A stretch of 64,000 bases of DNA, from NCBI GenBank assembly GCA_018660465.1, contig JABJKH010000008.1, positions 74,398-138,397 on the forward strand, read 5' to 3'. The stretch comes from Rhodospirillaceae bacterium (lineage in GTDB: Bacteria; Pseudomonadota; Alphaproteobacteria; Rhodospirillales; JABJKH01). The notes under the pieces are model-generated. The model did no database searches. It saw nothing but the letters and a program-made list of their open reading frames with translations, and had not been told where the DNA came from. A program made the translations under genes and the position numbers. How positions within the stretch are numbered: position 1 is the first letter of the stretch; the number at the start of each line of letters is the position of its first letter. Positions 45,861 through 54,492 of the stretch are shown here, piece by piece.

Positions 45861-46799
45861 CTAAGCATGCTCCAAGAGGCCGCAGTAATTTATCGTGATC
45901 AGCTCCTCAGCCCAACTGCTTTCAGGAACATTTTCCGCTGGCAACGCTAAATCTGAAACGATCTTGAAACCTGCATCCGTGATCAGGTCTCGAATTTCCT
46001 CGGCTGAATGGAAATGATAGACGTGATCCAGCGCCGGGCAATTGGCGCACGTCGACATATAGGCTTGGCCATTTGGTGCCAGCAACTGCTTCGTCCGATC
46101 CATAAACTTTGGCGCATCGTTCACATGCTCCAGGACTTCACCCAGGATAATAAAATCAAAAGTCTGAGACCCGAGATCGGTTTTCAAGTAATCCCCGTGC
46201 ACAAAATTCAGTCGGGATTCATCGACGTTAAACGCTTTAAGAACTTCGCCTGCAGTCTTTATGGATGTTTCGCTGATATCAACGACCGTGCCGATGGCTT
46301 CATCAAACTTGGTCAACGTTGTGGACGTGAACAATCCATGACCGACACCTACCTCTAGGTAGTTCTTCACCTCACCTTTCGGCAATTTATCCAAGAAGAA
46401 CCGGAACAGTTCGTAGTGGTTGGGCCAGAACATGTAGGAGATCAGCAATCCAACCATGTAATACCGCATGACCACCAAATCACTGTAGACCTCGTCAACT
46501 GCGACGGCAGAATCGTCTATCGAATATTTGCCAGTTTTGCGGAATTGAATCTGTGCCGACAAAAAATCCATGCACATTTTGTTGTAAGACCGCGCTGCTT
46601 CCTGGCGCGCGTCATCAGTTGTCAGGAAGCCATTGTTCAGGATCAGGCTTAAGTTTTCAGCAAATTCCCAATATTCAGGACCGCGTGTCGTAAAAAAAGC
46701 CTCAATCCGCTTTTTTTGGAGCGGGTTCTCTGCGGCGATTAGCTCCGCGATGCGCAATAATTCGGGGCAGGAGTCTTGAGTCATCAGGCTAAATTCCAT
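45861..46799 (-). CDS. Class I SAM-dependent methyltransferase
   Basis: ...YLEVGVGHGLFTS... (motif I) and ...FDFIILGEVLEHVNDAPKF... The start is trimmed to Met at 46799 and remains uncertain (alternatives 46784 and 46883). Confidence 0.7.
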   Translation of the reverse strand: MEFSLMTQDSCPELLRIAELIAAENPLQKKRIEAFFTTRGPEYWEFAENLSLILNNGFLTTDDARQEAARSYNKMCMDFLSAQIQFRKTGKYSIDDSAVAVDEVYSDLVVMRYYMVGLLISYMFWPNHYELFRFFLDKLPKGEVKNYLEVGVGHGLFTSTTLTKFDEAIGTVVDISETSIKTAGEVLKAFNVDESRLNFVHGDYLKTDLGSQTFDFIILGEVLEHVNDAPKFMDRTKQLLAPNGQAYMSTCANCPALDHVYHFHSAEEIRDLITDAGFKIVSDLALPAENVPESSWAEELITINYCGLLEHA

Positions 46800-46988
46800 A
46801 ACGCCACAGGCATTGGTAACTTTCCGACAATTCCACCCCAGGCAAAACCACCCCTGGCGGCAAGATAATAACGGAATTTTCACCTTTGCTACTTAAGTTT
46901 GAACACCATGATAAAATCCCTTCCTTGATAAAGAGTTACCGGAAGGACGACTTGAAAAATTAAAGTAGCTAATGAACGGAAAAAATTG

Positions 46989-47294
46989 ATGCTGGATAAG
47001 CAATTAGCAATGAATTTGATGCAGGAAAGCCTGGACAGTCTTGCCCGGTCCGGAACCCTGAAAAATCAGATAGCAATGACCGATGAAACCGTCCTGATGG
47101 GAAGCGGCGCCGACAGCGGCCTGGACTCCCTCGGATTTGTTAATTTCGTCATGGACGTGGAAGACCGCCTTCAGCAACAATTAGACGGCGACTATCCGGT
47201 AATTCTGACCGACATCGGCGGGTTTGATATCAACAATCCGATCCTTACCGCTGGCGTGCTTGCTGATCATTTGGTCGGCCTCGCTGCTGGCTAA
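46989..47294 (+). CDS. Acyl carrier protein (ACP-2)
   Basis: About 101 aa with the classic attachment motif ...GADSGLDSLGFVNFVMDVE... It is the first gene of the rightward operon. Confidence 0.65.
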   Translation: MLDKQLAMNLMQESLDSLARSGTLKNQIAMTDETVLMGSGADSGLDSLGFVNFVMDVEDRLQQQLDGDYPVILTDIGGFDINNPILTAGVLADHLVGLAAG

Positions 47295-47295
47295 T

Positions 47296-48012
47296 ATGAA
47301 CACCGACAAACAGCATTGCGTTATTTCCGGCACCAGCCGGGGATTAGGACGCGCCTTGGCGGAGCATTTTCTGGGCCTAGGGTATTCGGTCGCTGGCTGC
47401 AGCCGGGGTGACGCAACGATAGATCATCCCGACTATTCCCACAGCGTCGTCGATGTCCGCGATGAAGCCGAGGTTCAAAAGTGGGCGCGGGATGTACGGC
47501 GCGAGGCAACCCGTGTAGATGTCTTAATTTGCAACGCAGGACTGGCGCGTTCAGCACTCTTTCTACCCATGACACCAGGCGACGTGTTTGAGGATTTTCT
47601 GGGGACGAATTTCGCGGGCGTATTCTACGTTCTGCGCGAATTCTCCAAGCTCATGATCCGCCAAGGGTCTGGACGTATTTTAACAATCTCATCAACAATG
47701 GCGGCCCTTCACCAGGAAGGTACGGCGGTCTACTCAGCGACGAAATCAGCCGTCACTGAAATGACCAAGGTCTTGGCCCGCGAACTGGCACCGCAGAACA
47801 TTACCTGCAACATCATTGCGCCTGCGATGATGGAAACTGATGCGTCTGCAGAACTGGCAAAGTCGGAAGAATGGCGCGACCAAATGCTCGCGCTTCAGAC
47901 CTTCCCCAGAATTATTGAGATGCAAGAAATCTGTCATGCCGCCGATTTCTTTGTTTCCGACAAAGCCGCCAGCATCACCGGACAAGTCGTCTACATCGGA
48001 CTGGTGGATTAG
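47296..48012 (+). CDS. SDR-family oxidoreductase (3-oxoacyl-ACP reductase-like)
   Basis: VISGTSRGLGRALA cofactor motif and catalytic YSATKSAV (YxxxK). The start is set at ATG 47296, right after the ACP-2 stop. Confidence 0.8.
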   Translation: MNTDKQHCVISGTSRGLGRALAEHFLGLGYSVAGCSRGDATIDHPDYSHSVVDVRDEAEVQKWARDVRREATRVDVLICNAGLARSALFLPMTPGDVFEDFLGTNFAGVFYVLREFSKLMIRQGSGRILTISSTMAALHQEGTAVYSATKSAVTEMTKVLARELAPQNITCNIIAPAMMETDASAELAKSEEWRDQMLALQTFPRIIEMQEICHAADFFVSDKAASITGQVVYIGLVD

Positions 48013-48013
48013 C

Positions 48014-48709
48014 GTGAACAGCCCAGCCCGCCGCATCGCAACCGCTGACGACTATCAGGTCGAAACCATTAAAACTGGCCGCTGGAAGGAAAATTCCTAC
48101 GTGGTTCAACACGTGGCGAGCCGGGAAATTGCGCTTATTGATCCGGGCAACGACGCAGACGCGATATTCGAGAGCATCGAACATATGGACGGCATTCCGA
48201 AGCTGGTCTTATTAACCCACGCGCATTTCGATCATGTCGGCGCACTTGATGCGGTCTGCACGCGCTACGATCTGCCGTTTTACATTCATTCAGGCGATCA
48301 CCGCCTGCTGCAACGCGCAACCCTGTATGCCATGAGTTTCGAGCGCCAAGTGGTGACAATCCCGGAGGGCTATCAACCCTTGGAAACCTCAACCCCGTCC
48401 TGGTCCGGTGACCCGGTAGAGTTTATCCACACCCCAGGGCATACGGACGGTGGGGTATGTTATTATTGGGACGGTATTTGTTTCTCCGGTGACACCCTTC
48501 TGAATAAACTTGTGGGCCGATCGGACTTACCTGGATCAAGCGGCGAAGGCCTTAAGAAATCTGTCAGTAAGTTACTCGACTCTCTACCACCTGATACGTT
48601 GTTGTTTCCTGGACATGGTGGGACTTGGTCGGTTGCAGATGCGCGTAGCTGGTGGCAAGACTATTCAGAAGACCCGCCACAGTATGCCATGGAAGGCGCT
48701 TTTAAATGA
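48014..48709 (+). CDS. MBL-fold metallo-hydrolase (glyoxalase II-like; possible thioesterase)
   Basis: LLTHAHFDHVGAL (HxHxDH) plus downstream ...HTPGHTDGG... and ...FPGHG. GTG start at 48014, directly after the SDR stop. Confidence 0.7.
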   Translation: MNSPARRIATADDYQVETIKTGRWKENSYVVQHVASREIALIDPGNDADAIFESIEHMDGIPKLVLLTHAHFDHVGALDAVCTRYDLPFYIHSGDHRLLQRATLYAMSFERQVVTIPEGYQPLETSTPSWSGDPVEFIHTPGHTDGGVCYYWDGICFSGDTLLNKLVGRSDLPGSSGEGLKKSVSKLLDSLPPDTLLFPGHGGTWSVADARSWWQDYSEDPPQYAMEGAFK

Positions 48710-49716
48710 TCGCCCCGCTGATGAGAGACGACTACGGCGTGGGCGTGGCTGGAGTTGGAAAATTCCTGCCCGAAGGCGTCATTACGAACGAAAGCCTTGA
48801 AGCAACGTCCGGCATGAAAGCAGCTGAAATCGTTGAGAAAACTGGCATCGTCACCCGGCGCAAAGCATCCGAAGACGACGTCGCATCGGAAATGTGTGCC
48901 GCTGCCGCCCGGGATGCGATGGAGATGGCAGGCATTGAGCCCGAACAACTGGGCCAGATCATCACCTGCACGTTTACCGGCGATTATACCTACCCCGCCG
49001 TATCGTGCCGCATCCAGGATTTGTTAGGGGCCTATAACGCAGGCGTCTTTGATTTGATGGCGAATTGCACCGGGTTTCAAGTTGGCCTGGGCGTTGCCTC
49101 TGACCGCATGCTTGTTGATCCGAGCGTTGAGTACTCGCTGGTCATTGGTGCCGCTCTACAATCCAGGTTTATCGATTATTCGAAGGCTGGCTCTGCGATG
49201 TATTTCGGTGATGGCGTGGGGGCTGCTGTGTTGAAGCAAGTGCCCGCCGGTTATGGCATTCTTTCCAACGATGTGTCGGCAAATGGTCGCGCTTTCAATT
49301 CGGTTCGTTTGAGAGGCGGCGGTTCCAGCCATCCTATGCGACCAGATAACATCAACGAGGGCCTGCAGTATTATGACATCGACGGGCTGGAAGTCTGGAA
49401 GCAAGTCGTCCAGAACCAACCCAAATCAATGCGCCGAGCGCTGGAAAAAATTGGCAAGACCACAGAAGACGTGGACTTCTTTATTTTCCATCAAGCCAAC
49501 CTGCGCCTGATTGAATTTCTCATGGGGAAAATGCGGCTGCCCATGGACAAGACCTATACCAATGTCGAAGAATACGGCAACACGGCGGACGCATCTCAGG
49601 CGATTACGCTCTGTGATGCGGTCACGAACAATCTCTTAAAGCGCGACGATCTTGTCGCAATTTCGGGGGTTGGTGCCGGGTTCATCTTTGGGACAACCAT
49701 GATGAGGTGGTATTGA
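48706..49716 (+). CDS. 3-oxoacyl-ACP synthase III (FabH-like KAS III)
   Basis: Cys-His-Asn triad contexts are present: ...DLMANCTGFQVG..., ...FIFHQANLRLIE..., ...YGNTADASQ... ATGA overlap with the upstream gene. Confidence 0.8.
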   Translation: MIAPLMRDDYGVGVAGVGKFLPEGVITNESLEATSGMKAAEIVEKTGIVTRRKASEDDVASEMCAAAARDAMEMAGIEPEQLGQIITCTFTGDYTYPAVSCRIQDLLGAYNAGVFDLMANCTGFQVGLGVASDRMLVDPSVEYSLVIGAALQSRFIDYSKAGSAMYFGDGVGAAVLKQVPAGYGILSNDVSANGRAFNSVRLRGGGSSHPMRPDNINEGLQYYDIDGLEVWKQVVQNQPKSMRRALEKIGKTTEDVDFFIFHQANLRLIEFLMGKMRLPMDKTYTNVEEYGNTADASQAITLCDAVTNNLLKRDDLVAISGVGAGFIFGTTMMRWY

Positions 49717-50978
49717 TGACTTACAACCCAGATGACCGCCAAGCTGCTGAATTAAAGTTTTCTGATCTCCATGAAGGGTATCAATCCGAACTTTCGCACA
49801 CCATTTCGCAAGATGATCTCAACACCTTCGCCGCCCTCACGGGTGACTTTAATCCCATTCATATTGATGCGGAATACGCCCGCACGACATCGTTTGGAAA
49901 ACCCATCGTGCATGGCATGCTGACGTCTTCGTTTATCTCTACGATGATCGGCATGCTGTTGCCCGGTCGAGGCGCTCTGTGGATGGAGCAAACTCTAAAA
50001 TTCACAAGACCCGCCTTTGTTGGCGATTCGATAAGAGTGGTGGCGACTGTCAAACAGCTCTCTACCGCGACCAACACCATGGTCCTAGACGTAAAAATTT
50101 CCAATCAAGACGACACCACCATTGTCACCGGCCAATCCACCGTAACCCTGACTGCAGGGAAAACTGCGGATGAAGCAGCTGCAACCGATGCAAAGCCCAT
50201 CGAAGCCCCGCAAAGTAGCAAGAATAAAGAAGCGACAGGTGGAGTCATTTTTATTTCCGGCGGCAGTGGTGGCATCGGGGCTGCATGCGCTAAAAACCTC
50301 GCAGCCCAAGGATATGCCATCGCGGTAAACTATAATTCGAACCAAAAAGGTGCAGATGCGGTGGTCGCCGAAATATCTGCTGCGGGAGGCCAAGCCATTT
50401 CTGTCCAAGGCGATGTCGCCAGTGAAGCCGATGTCGAAAGAATTTTTTCTGATATTGAAAGCCAATTAGGCACCGTGTCAGGGATCGTTCACTGCGCAGC
50501 CCCTGAGCCCATCCCGACTGCCTTCGAAGACACAAACTGGGCAATATTCGAAGCGACCCTTTCGACCCAAATCGGCGGTGCCCGCCACTGCACCCATCGC
50601 GCGCTTGCAAACATGATGGAGAACTCGACAGGCAGTATCGTCCTTATTGGATCAATCTACGGCGATAACGTGCCACCTGCGATGCAGTCCGCTTATGTAA
50701 CGGCGAAGGCCGCACTCGCGGGGTTCTCTCGGGCTCTTGCTGTTGAATTGGGGCCAAAGGGAATTCGCGTTAATGTCGTCGCCCCTGGCATGACGCAAAC
50801 ACCGATGCTGGCGAACCTACCGAACAAAGCAAAGATGTTGGCGCAGATGAATACGCCGCTGCGCCGTCTTGCTGACCCAGAAGACATTGCCAACGCGGTC
50901 GCGTTTCTCATCAGCGATAACGCGCGTCATATTACTGGCGAAACCCTGCATGTTTCTGGTGGAGTTTCGATGTCGTAA
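49716..50978 (+). CDS. MaoC-like (R)-hydratase/dehydratase fused to an SDR ketoreductase
   Basis: N-terminal hot-dog hydratase-2 motif FAALTGDFNPIHIDAEYA. The C-terminal SDR has ISGGSGGIGAACA and YVTAKAAL. The ATG overlaps the KAS III stop (TGATG). Confidence 0.75.
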   Translation: MTYNPDDRQAAELKFSDLHEGYQSELSHTISQDDLNTFAALTGDFNPIHIDAEYARTTSFGKPIVHGMLTSSFISTMIGMLLPGRGALWMEQTLKFTRPAFVGDSIRVVATVKQLSTATNTMVLDVKISNQDDTTIVTGQSTVTLTAGKTADEAAATDAKPIEAPQSSKNKEATGGVIFISGGSGGIGAACAKNLAAQGYAIAVNYNSNQKGADAVVAEISAAGGQAISVQGDVASEADVERIFSDIESQLGTVSGIVHCAAPEPIPTAFEDTNWAIFEATLSTQIGGARHCTHRALANMMENSTGSIVLIGSIYGDNVPPAMQSAYVTAKAALAGFSRALAVELGPKGIRVNVVAPGMTQTPMLANLPNKAKMLAQMNTPLRRLADPEDIANAVAFLISDNARHITGETLHVSGGVSMS

Positions 50979-50979
50979 A

Positions 50980-52332
50980 TTACGGCTGCTCTACTTCCTC
51001 AAGCAGGCCCACACGACTGAATTCCCGCACACATTCATCAAACGCGAAAATCGGCATGTCGTTGTCTTCGGCGATTTGCAGCAAGTCCTTGGAACCATCA
51101 GCCTCGCCCATCATGGCGTAGTATGCGTTGCCAATCACTGTGCCCTGCCCGCCCGTGCCCCAGCCGTGTTGGTAGGGAAAGACGCCGTACTTGGATAAAA
51201 ATGGCGTAACCTGATAGGTGCCTTTGTAGCGGCGCGTCCGTTCCACGGTCATCAATGCGGCCCACGCAACTTGTAGAGATTCCAGTAAATATTCAGGCCG
51301 AACCAATTCTAGATCGTCCGCTGAGGAATGATATTCCGCATATCCCCCCGGCCGAGACCCGCCTCGGGTAATATTCGCAACTGCCAAGCGATAGCCGACA
51401 CTGTTCAGGTGCAGCACGTCGGCCCCGCCATAAATATTAAATTTCCGAGTGACCACTTCACGGCCACAAAATTCCATCGCGTGCTTTACGGCACGGTCGA
51501 ATATCGTATCACCGGCAAACGTCTGATCGAGGCTCACCGGCGCACCATCACCGCAAATTCCCAACTGATAACCGCCAATGGTTTTCGCCAAGCGTTCGGG
51601 GTAATTGGCCATGTAGGCAATCACCCCAATGCCTTCGGGCCACAGTGCCAAGCGGTACGAATAATGCCGGTCTGGCATTTCAGCCAGCATGCGAAAAATC
51701 TCCACCGCCGCGACCACGCCAGATAGATTATCGTTGGCGCCACGGGGATGGCAGAGATAGCTGTTAATTAGGATTTCTTCTTCGACTTCACCCGGAAGAT
51801 AGGCTTCTCCAATCCGTAAAACCCCATCATAGAGATCCGTATCGATATGAACCTTATAGCGCCCGGGCTTTAATTCCTCCACCAAATCATAAGGGGCCGA
51901 CAGCCCCCAAGCCTCCCGGTAATAGGTCTGACGCATAGGATAGGCATGGGGCAGATTTGGATCAGTCGCAATTTTTTCTTTTAATTCGTCCAGGTCCATT
52001 TCACCGCTGAACGACTGACTGTAGATCCATACACAATAGGGATGAATGTCAAAGTCCAGCACCCGCGTCCCGTCCGGTCCTTCAACCCAAGCCTCATTGA
52101 CCTTGAATTCCTTGGGGATGGTCCAGTCGAACACTTCTTGCCCAGAGGGAAACTCCGTCACCTCCAAGGGCAAATATTTATCAATGACATCGAGCGAGTC
52201 TTTATACCCAGGCCCCAAAAGAGACCGATAGATGGGAAACAACGCCTCCATCATCGACCACATGGACTGGGAATTCTTTTCCCCCGGCATGGTAAGCCCC
52301 GGGAAACCGACAAAATTGCCTTCTGCGTTCAT
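50980..52332 (-). CDS. Aminopeptidase-like domain protein (DUF2172/DUF4910, COG4310-type 'polysaccharide biosynthesis protein with aminopeptidase-like domain')
   Basis: ...MWSMMEALFPIYRSLLGPGYKDSLDVIDKYLPLEVTEFPSGQEVFDWTIPKEFKVNEAWV... matches my memory of this family's N-terminal region. 450 aa. Confidence 0.55.
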   Translation of the reverse strand: MNAEGNFVGFPGLTMPGEKNSQSMWSMMEALFPIYRSLLGPGYKDSLDVIDKYLPLEVTEFPSGQEVFDWTIPKEFKVNEAWVEGPDGTRVLDFDIHPYCVWIYSQSFSGEMDLDELKEKIATDPNLPHAYPMRQTYYREAWGLSAPYDLVEELKPGRYKVHIDTDLYDGVLRIGEAYLPGEVEEEILINSYLCHPRGANDNLSGVVAAVEIFRMLAEMPDRHYSYRLALWPEGIGVIAYMANYPERLAKTIGGYQLGICGDGAPVSLDQTFAGDTIFDRAVKHAMEFCGREVVTRKFNIYGGADVLHLNSVGYRLAVANITRGGSRPGGYAEYHSSADDLELVRPEYLLESLQVAWAALMTVERTRRYKGTYQVTPFLSKYGVFPYQHGWGTGGQGTVIGNAYYAMMGEADGSKDLLQIAEDNDMPIFAFDECVREFSRVGLLEEVEQP

Positions 52333-52615
52333 CGTCTTTCTCTAGCTGAGGATTGAGGGGGTATCTTACAGAGCAACTCTTAAAATTGGTTAACGTTTAG
52401 GAGCGTTTGGAACGGCAAATTAAAAAGAAGATATCTTGGAACACCGGAAAATTTGTCGCCTGTTGGCCCGGAACAGAAACTATTAGGCGTCCGAGAACCG
52501 GGTCGGTCTGGCTCACATAAATTTGATTGCCTTGACCATCTATTATTTTGTTAGATACGCTTTGATCACGTAACATACGACTGGGTTTCTTATTTTTCAA
52601 AGTAAGGAATACTGA

Positions 52616-53401
52616 ATGTTAAAGCGAACTACTTCCTGCATACTTATCGCGGCGTTGTTTTGGTTTATTTCAACTCCCGCTAAGGCTGAAGAAAAATTAA
52701 CGGTCGCGGTTATAGACCTGTTCCCCTTTGGAAAAATCGACCGGTCTGGTTTGCAATCTGGTCTGTACGTGGATATTGCGTCAGCCTTAGAAGAAGAATT
52801 GCAATTCCCCATAAAGAAGCATGTGCTGCCGTTTAAGCGCGCCTTTCGTAACATCTTAGCCGGAAAAATGGATTTATTTATATCCTTCAAACGCGATGAT
52901 TTGGCTTCTAAACTGAAATATCTTGGAAGCATCGGATGTACCAAAATGCTTATGGTATCAAGTAAACGAACAAGTATTTTGAGCCTTAGTGACCTGACGG
53001 GGAAGCGGGTTGGGTTCGTTCAAGGAGCTTCGACTGGCCCGATTTACGAGAAAAAATTTAAGGTTCTGCCTTTATATTTTCCGAGTACAACGCCTTTGAT
53101 AAATTTATTGATGCTGAACAGGTTTGACGCTTTCATGGTGAATAGCATTGTTTTTAATTCTTATCATCACAATAAATACGGCAACGTAAAACTATCAGCA
53201 AACTGGAGGGATTATCTGGGTTCCGTATTGACCACACGGGTTCATGATATTCACATATCGATCTCCAGAAAATCTAAGAACTTCAAACGTGCCGGTGACA
53301 TTGAGAAAGCAATTTCTGCCCTCCAGCGAACAAATAAATTTAAAGAATCCTTTCGGCGTTGGGGGTCTGTGGATGGCGGAAACTGTGAAGGGCTACATTA
53401 G
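52616..53401 (+). CDS. Periplasmic substrate-binding domain protein (family-3 SBP-like), orphan
   Basis: Signal peptide MLKRTTSCILIAALFWFISTPAKA, then ...LTVAVIDLFPFGKID...GLYVDIASAL... No permease or ATPase partner is nearby. The gene is AT-rich. Confidence 0.5.
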   Translation: MLKRTTSCILIAALFWFISTPAKAEEKLTVAVIDLFPFGKIDRSGLQSGLYVDIASALEEELQFPIKKHVLPFKRAFRNILAGKMDLFISFKRDDLASKLKYLGSIGCTKMLMVSSKRTSILSLSDLTGKRVGFVQGASTGPIYEKKFKVLPLYFPSTTPLINLLMLNRFDAFMVNSIVFNSYHHNKYGNVKLSANWRDYLGSVLTTRVHDIHISISRKSKNFKRAGDIEKAISALQRTNKFKESFRRWGSVDGGNCEGLH

Positions 53402-53608
53402 GCCGTCGGCATTTTAAGTGGTGAACGCGTCCCCTTCCAACGGCTTTGCAATTTGCAAAATCACGGCAACAAATACTCAAAACCATTAGAACACAATTTA
53501 AAACAAACTTAACTTTACCGATGATACTTTCAGCCTCGTAGATTTAGTGCCGCAGAAGCGGTTCGTTTAGCACGCCCCAGAACTCATAAAGGGCCAAAGG
53601 AAGAAACC

Positions 53609-54484
53609 ATGACCAGCGACGAATATTTTTCACATAATTGCGACCTGTGTGGCTCTGATGATGCCGCCGAGATTGAATGCTCTAATTTCTACACCAATAA
53701 CCAACCCCTGCATGTCTGCAAGAGCTGTGGCTTGGTGTATATCAAAGCCCGCCGTTCGGCCAATCGGATCGCTGAGGTGTGGTCGGAAGAACTTTATGGC
53801 CCGACCTATACAGCCCGAATTCCCGCCGTAAAAGCCCGCCAGACCTATGTCGCAGGCTTTGTCGATGACTCCATTGGGTTTAAGGGAAAATCCGTCTGCG
53901 ACATCGGCGGCGGCGAAGGCCAGTTTCTGAAAATGATCATGGACCCGGAATATGGCGCCAACGTCTACACCGTCGAGCCCTCAAAAGAAAACTGCGACAT
54001 CATGTCGGCGGATGGGATCGAAACCTTTTGTGGCAGCGTCGAGGACTTCATTGAATCTGAGGAAAGCAAAACCCGAAAGTTTGATATCGTCACCGTCATG
54101 TGGACGGTCGAAGCCAGTCAATCCTGCCGCACGATGATCGATGCGGCGTATGATATTTTGAAGGACGACGGGCATCTGGCGATCTCGACTGGCAGTCGTT
54201 TGTTGGTGCCGTTCAAAAAACCGCTCAATTATTACTTAGGGCCTCGCGCCGCAGACACCCACCCCATTCGGTTTTCTGAGAATTCACTGACCGGGTTGTT
54301 TGCCGAAAGCGGGTTTGAGCGCACCCACATCAACCGCTTTATCGACACCGACTACATGGTCGCCATCGGCAAAAAGACCGATAAATCTAAGAAGATCGAC
54401 TGGCCAAAGGATAATTGGGAAGACGTCGTCGATTTCTTCAATCGCTGGCACAAAGAAACCCAGGATCATTACCCGGCCGCGTAA
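53609..54484 (+). CDS. SAM-dependent methyltransferase with N-terminal zinc ribbon
   Basis: CDLCGS...CKSCGLVY Zn-ribbon, then VCDIGGGEGQFL (motif I) and ...DIVTVMWTVEAS... Confidence 0.7.
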   Translation: MTSDEYFSHNCDLCGSDDAAEIECSNFYTNNQPLHVCKSCGLVYIKARRSANRIAEVWSEELYGPTYTARIPAVKARQTYVAGFVDDSIGFKGKSVCDIGGGEGQFLKMIMDPEYGANVYTVEPSKENCDIMSADGIETFCGSVEDFIESEESKTRKFDIVTVMWTVEASQSCRTMIDAAYDILKDDGHLAISTGSRLLVPFKKPLNYYLGPRAADTHPIRFSENSLTGLFAESGFERTHINRFIDTDYMVAIGKKTDKSKKIDWPKDNWEDVVDFFNRWHKETQDHYPAA

Positions 54485-54492
54485 CCTTTCAT

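Noticed and set aside
52397-52944. Minus-strand ORFs 52397-52600 (67 aa) and 52597-52944 (115 aa)
   Set aside because: The second is antisense to the signal-peptide-bearing SBP gene. The first lies in an AT-rich spacer with no SD or motif. I left it unannotated, though a small gene cannot be excluded.
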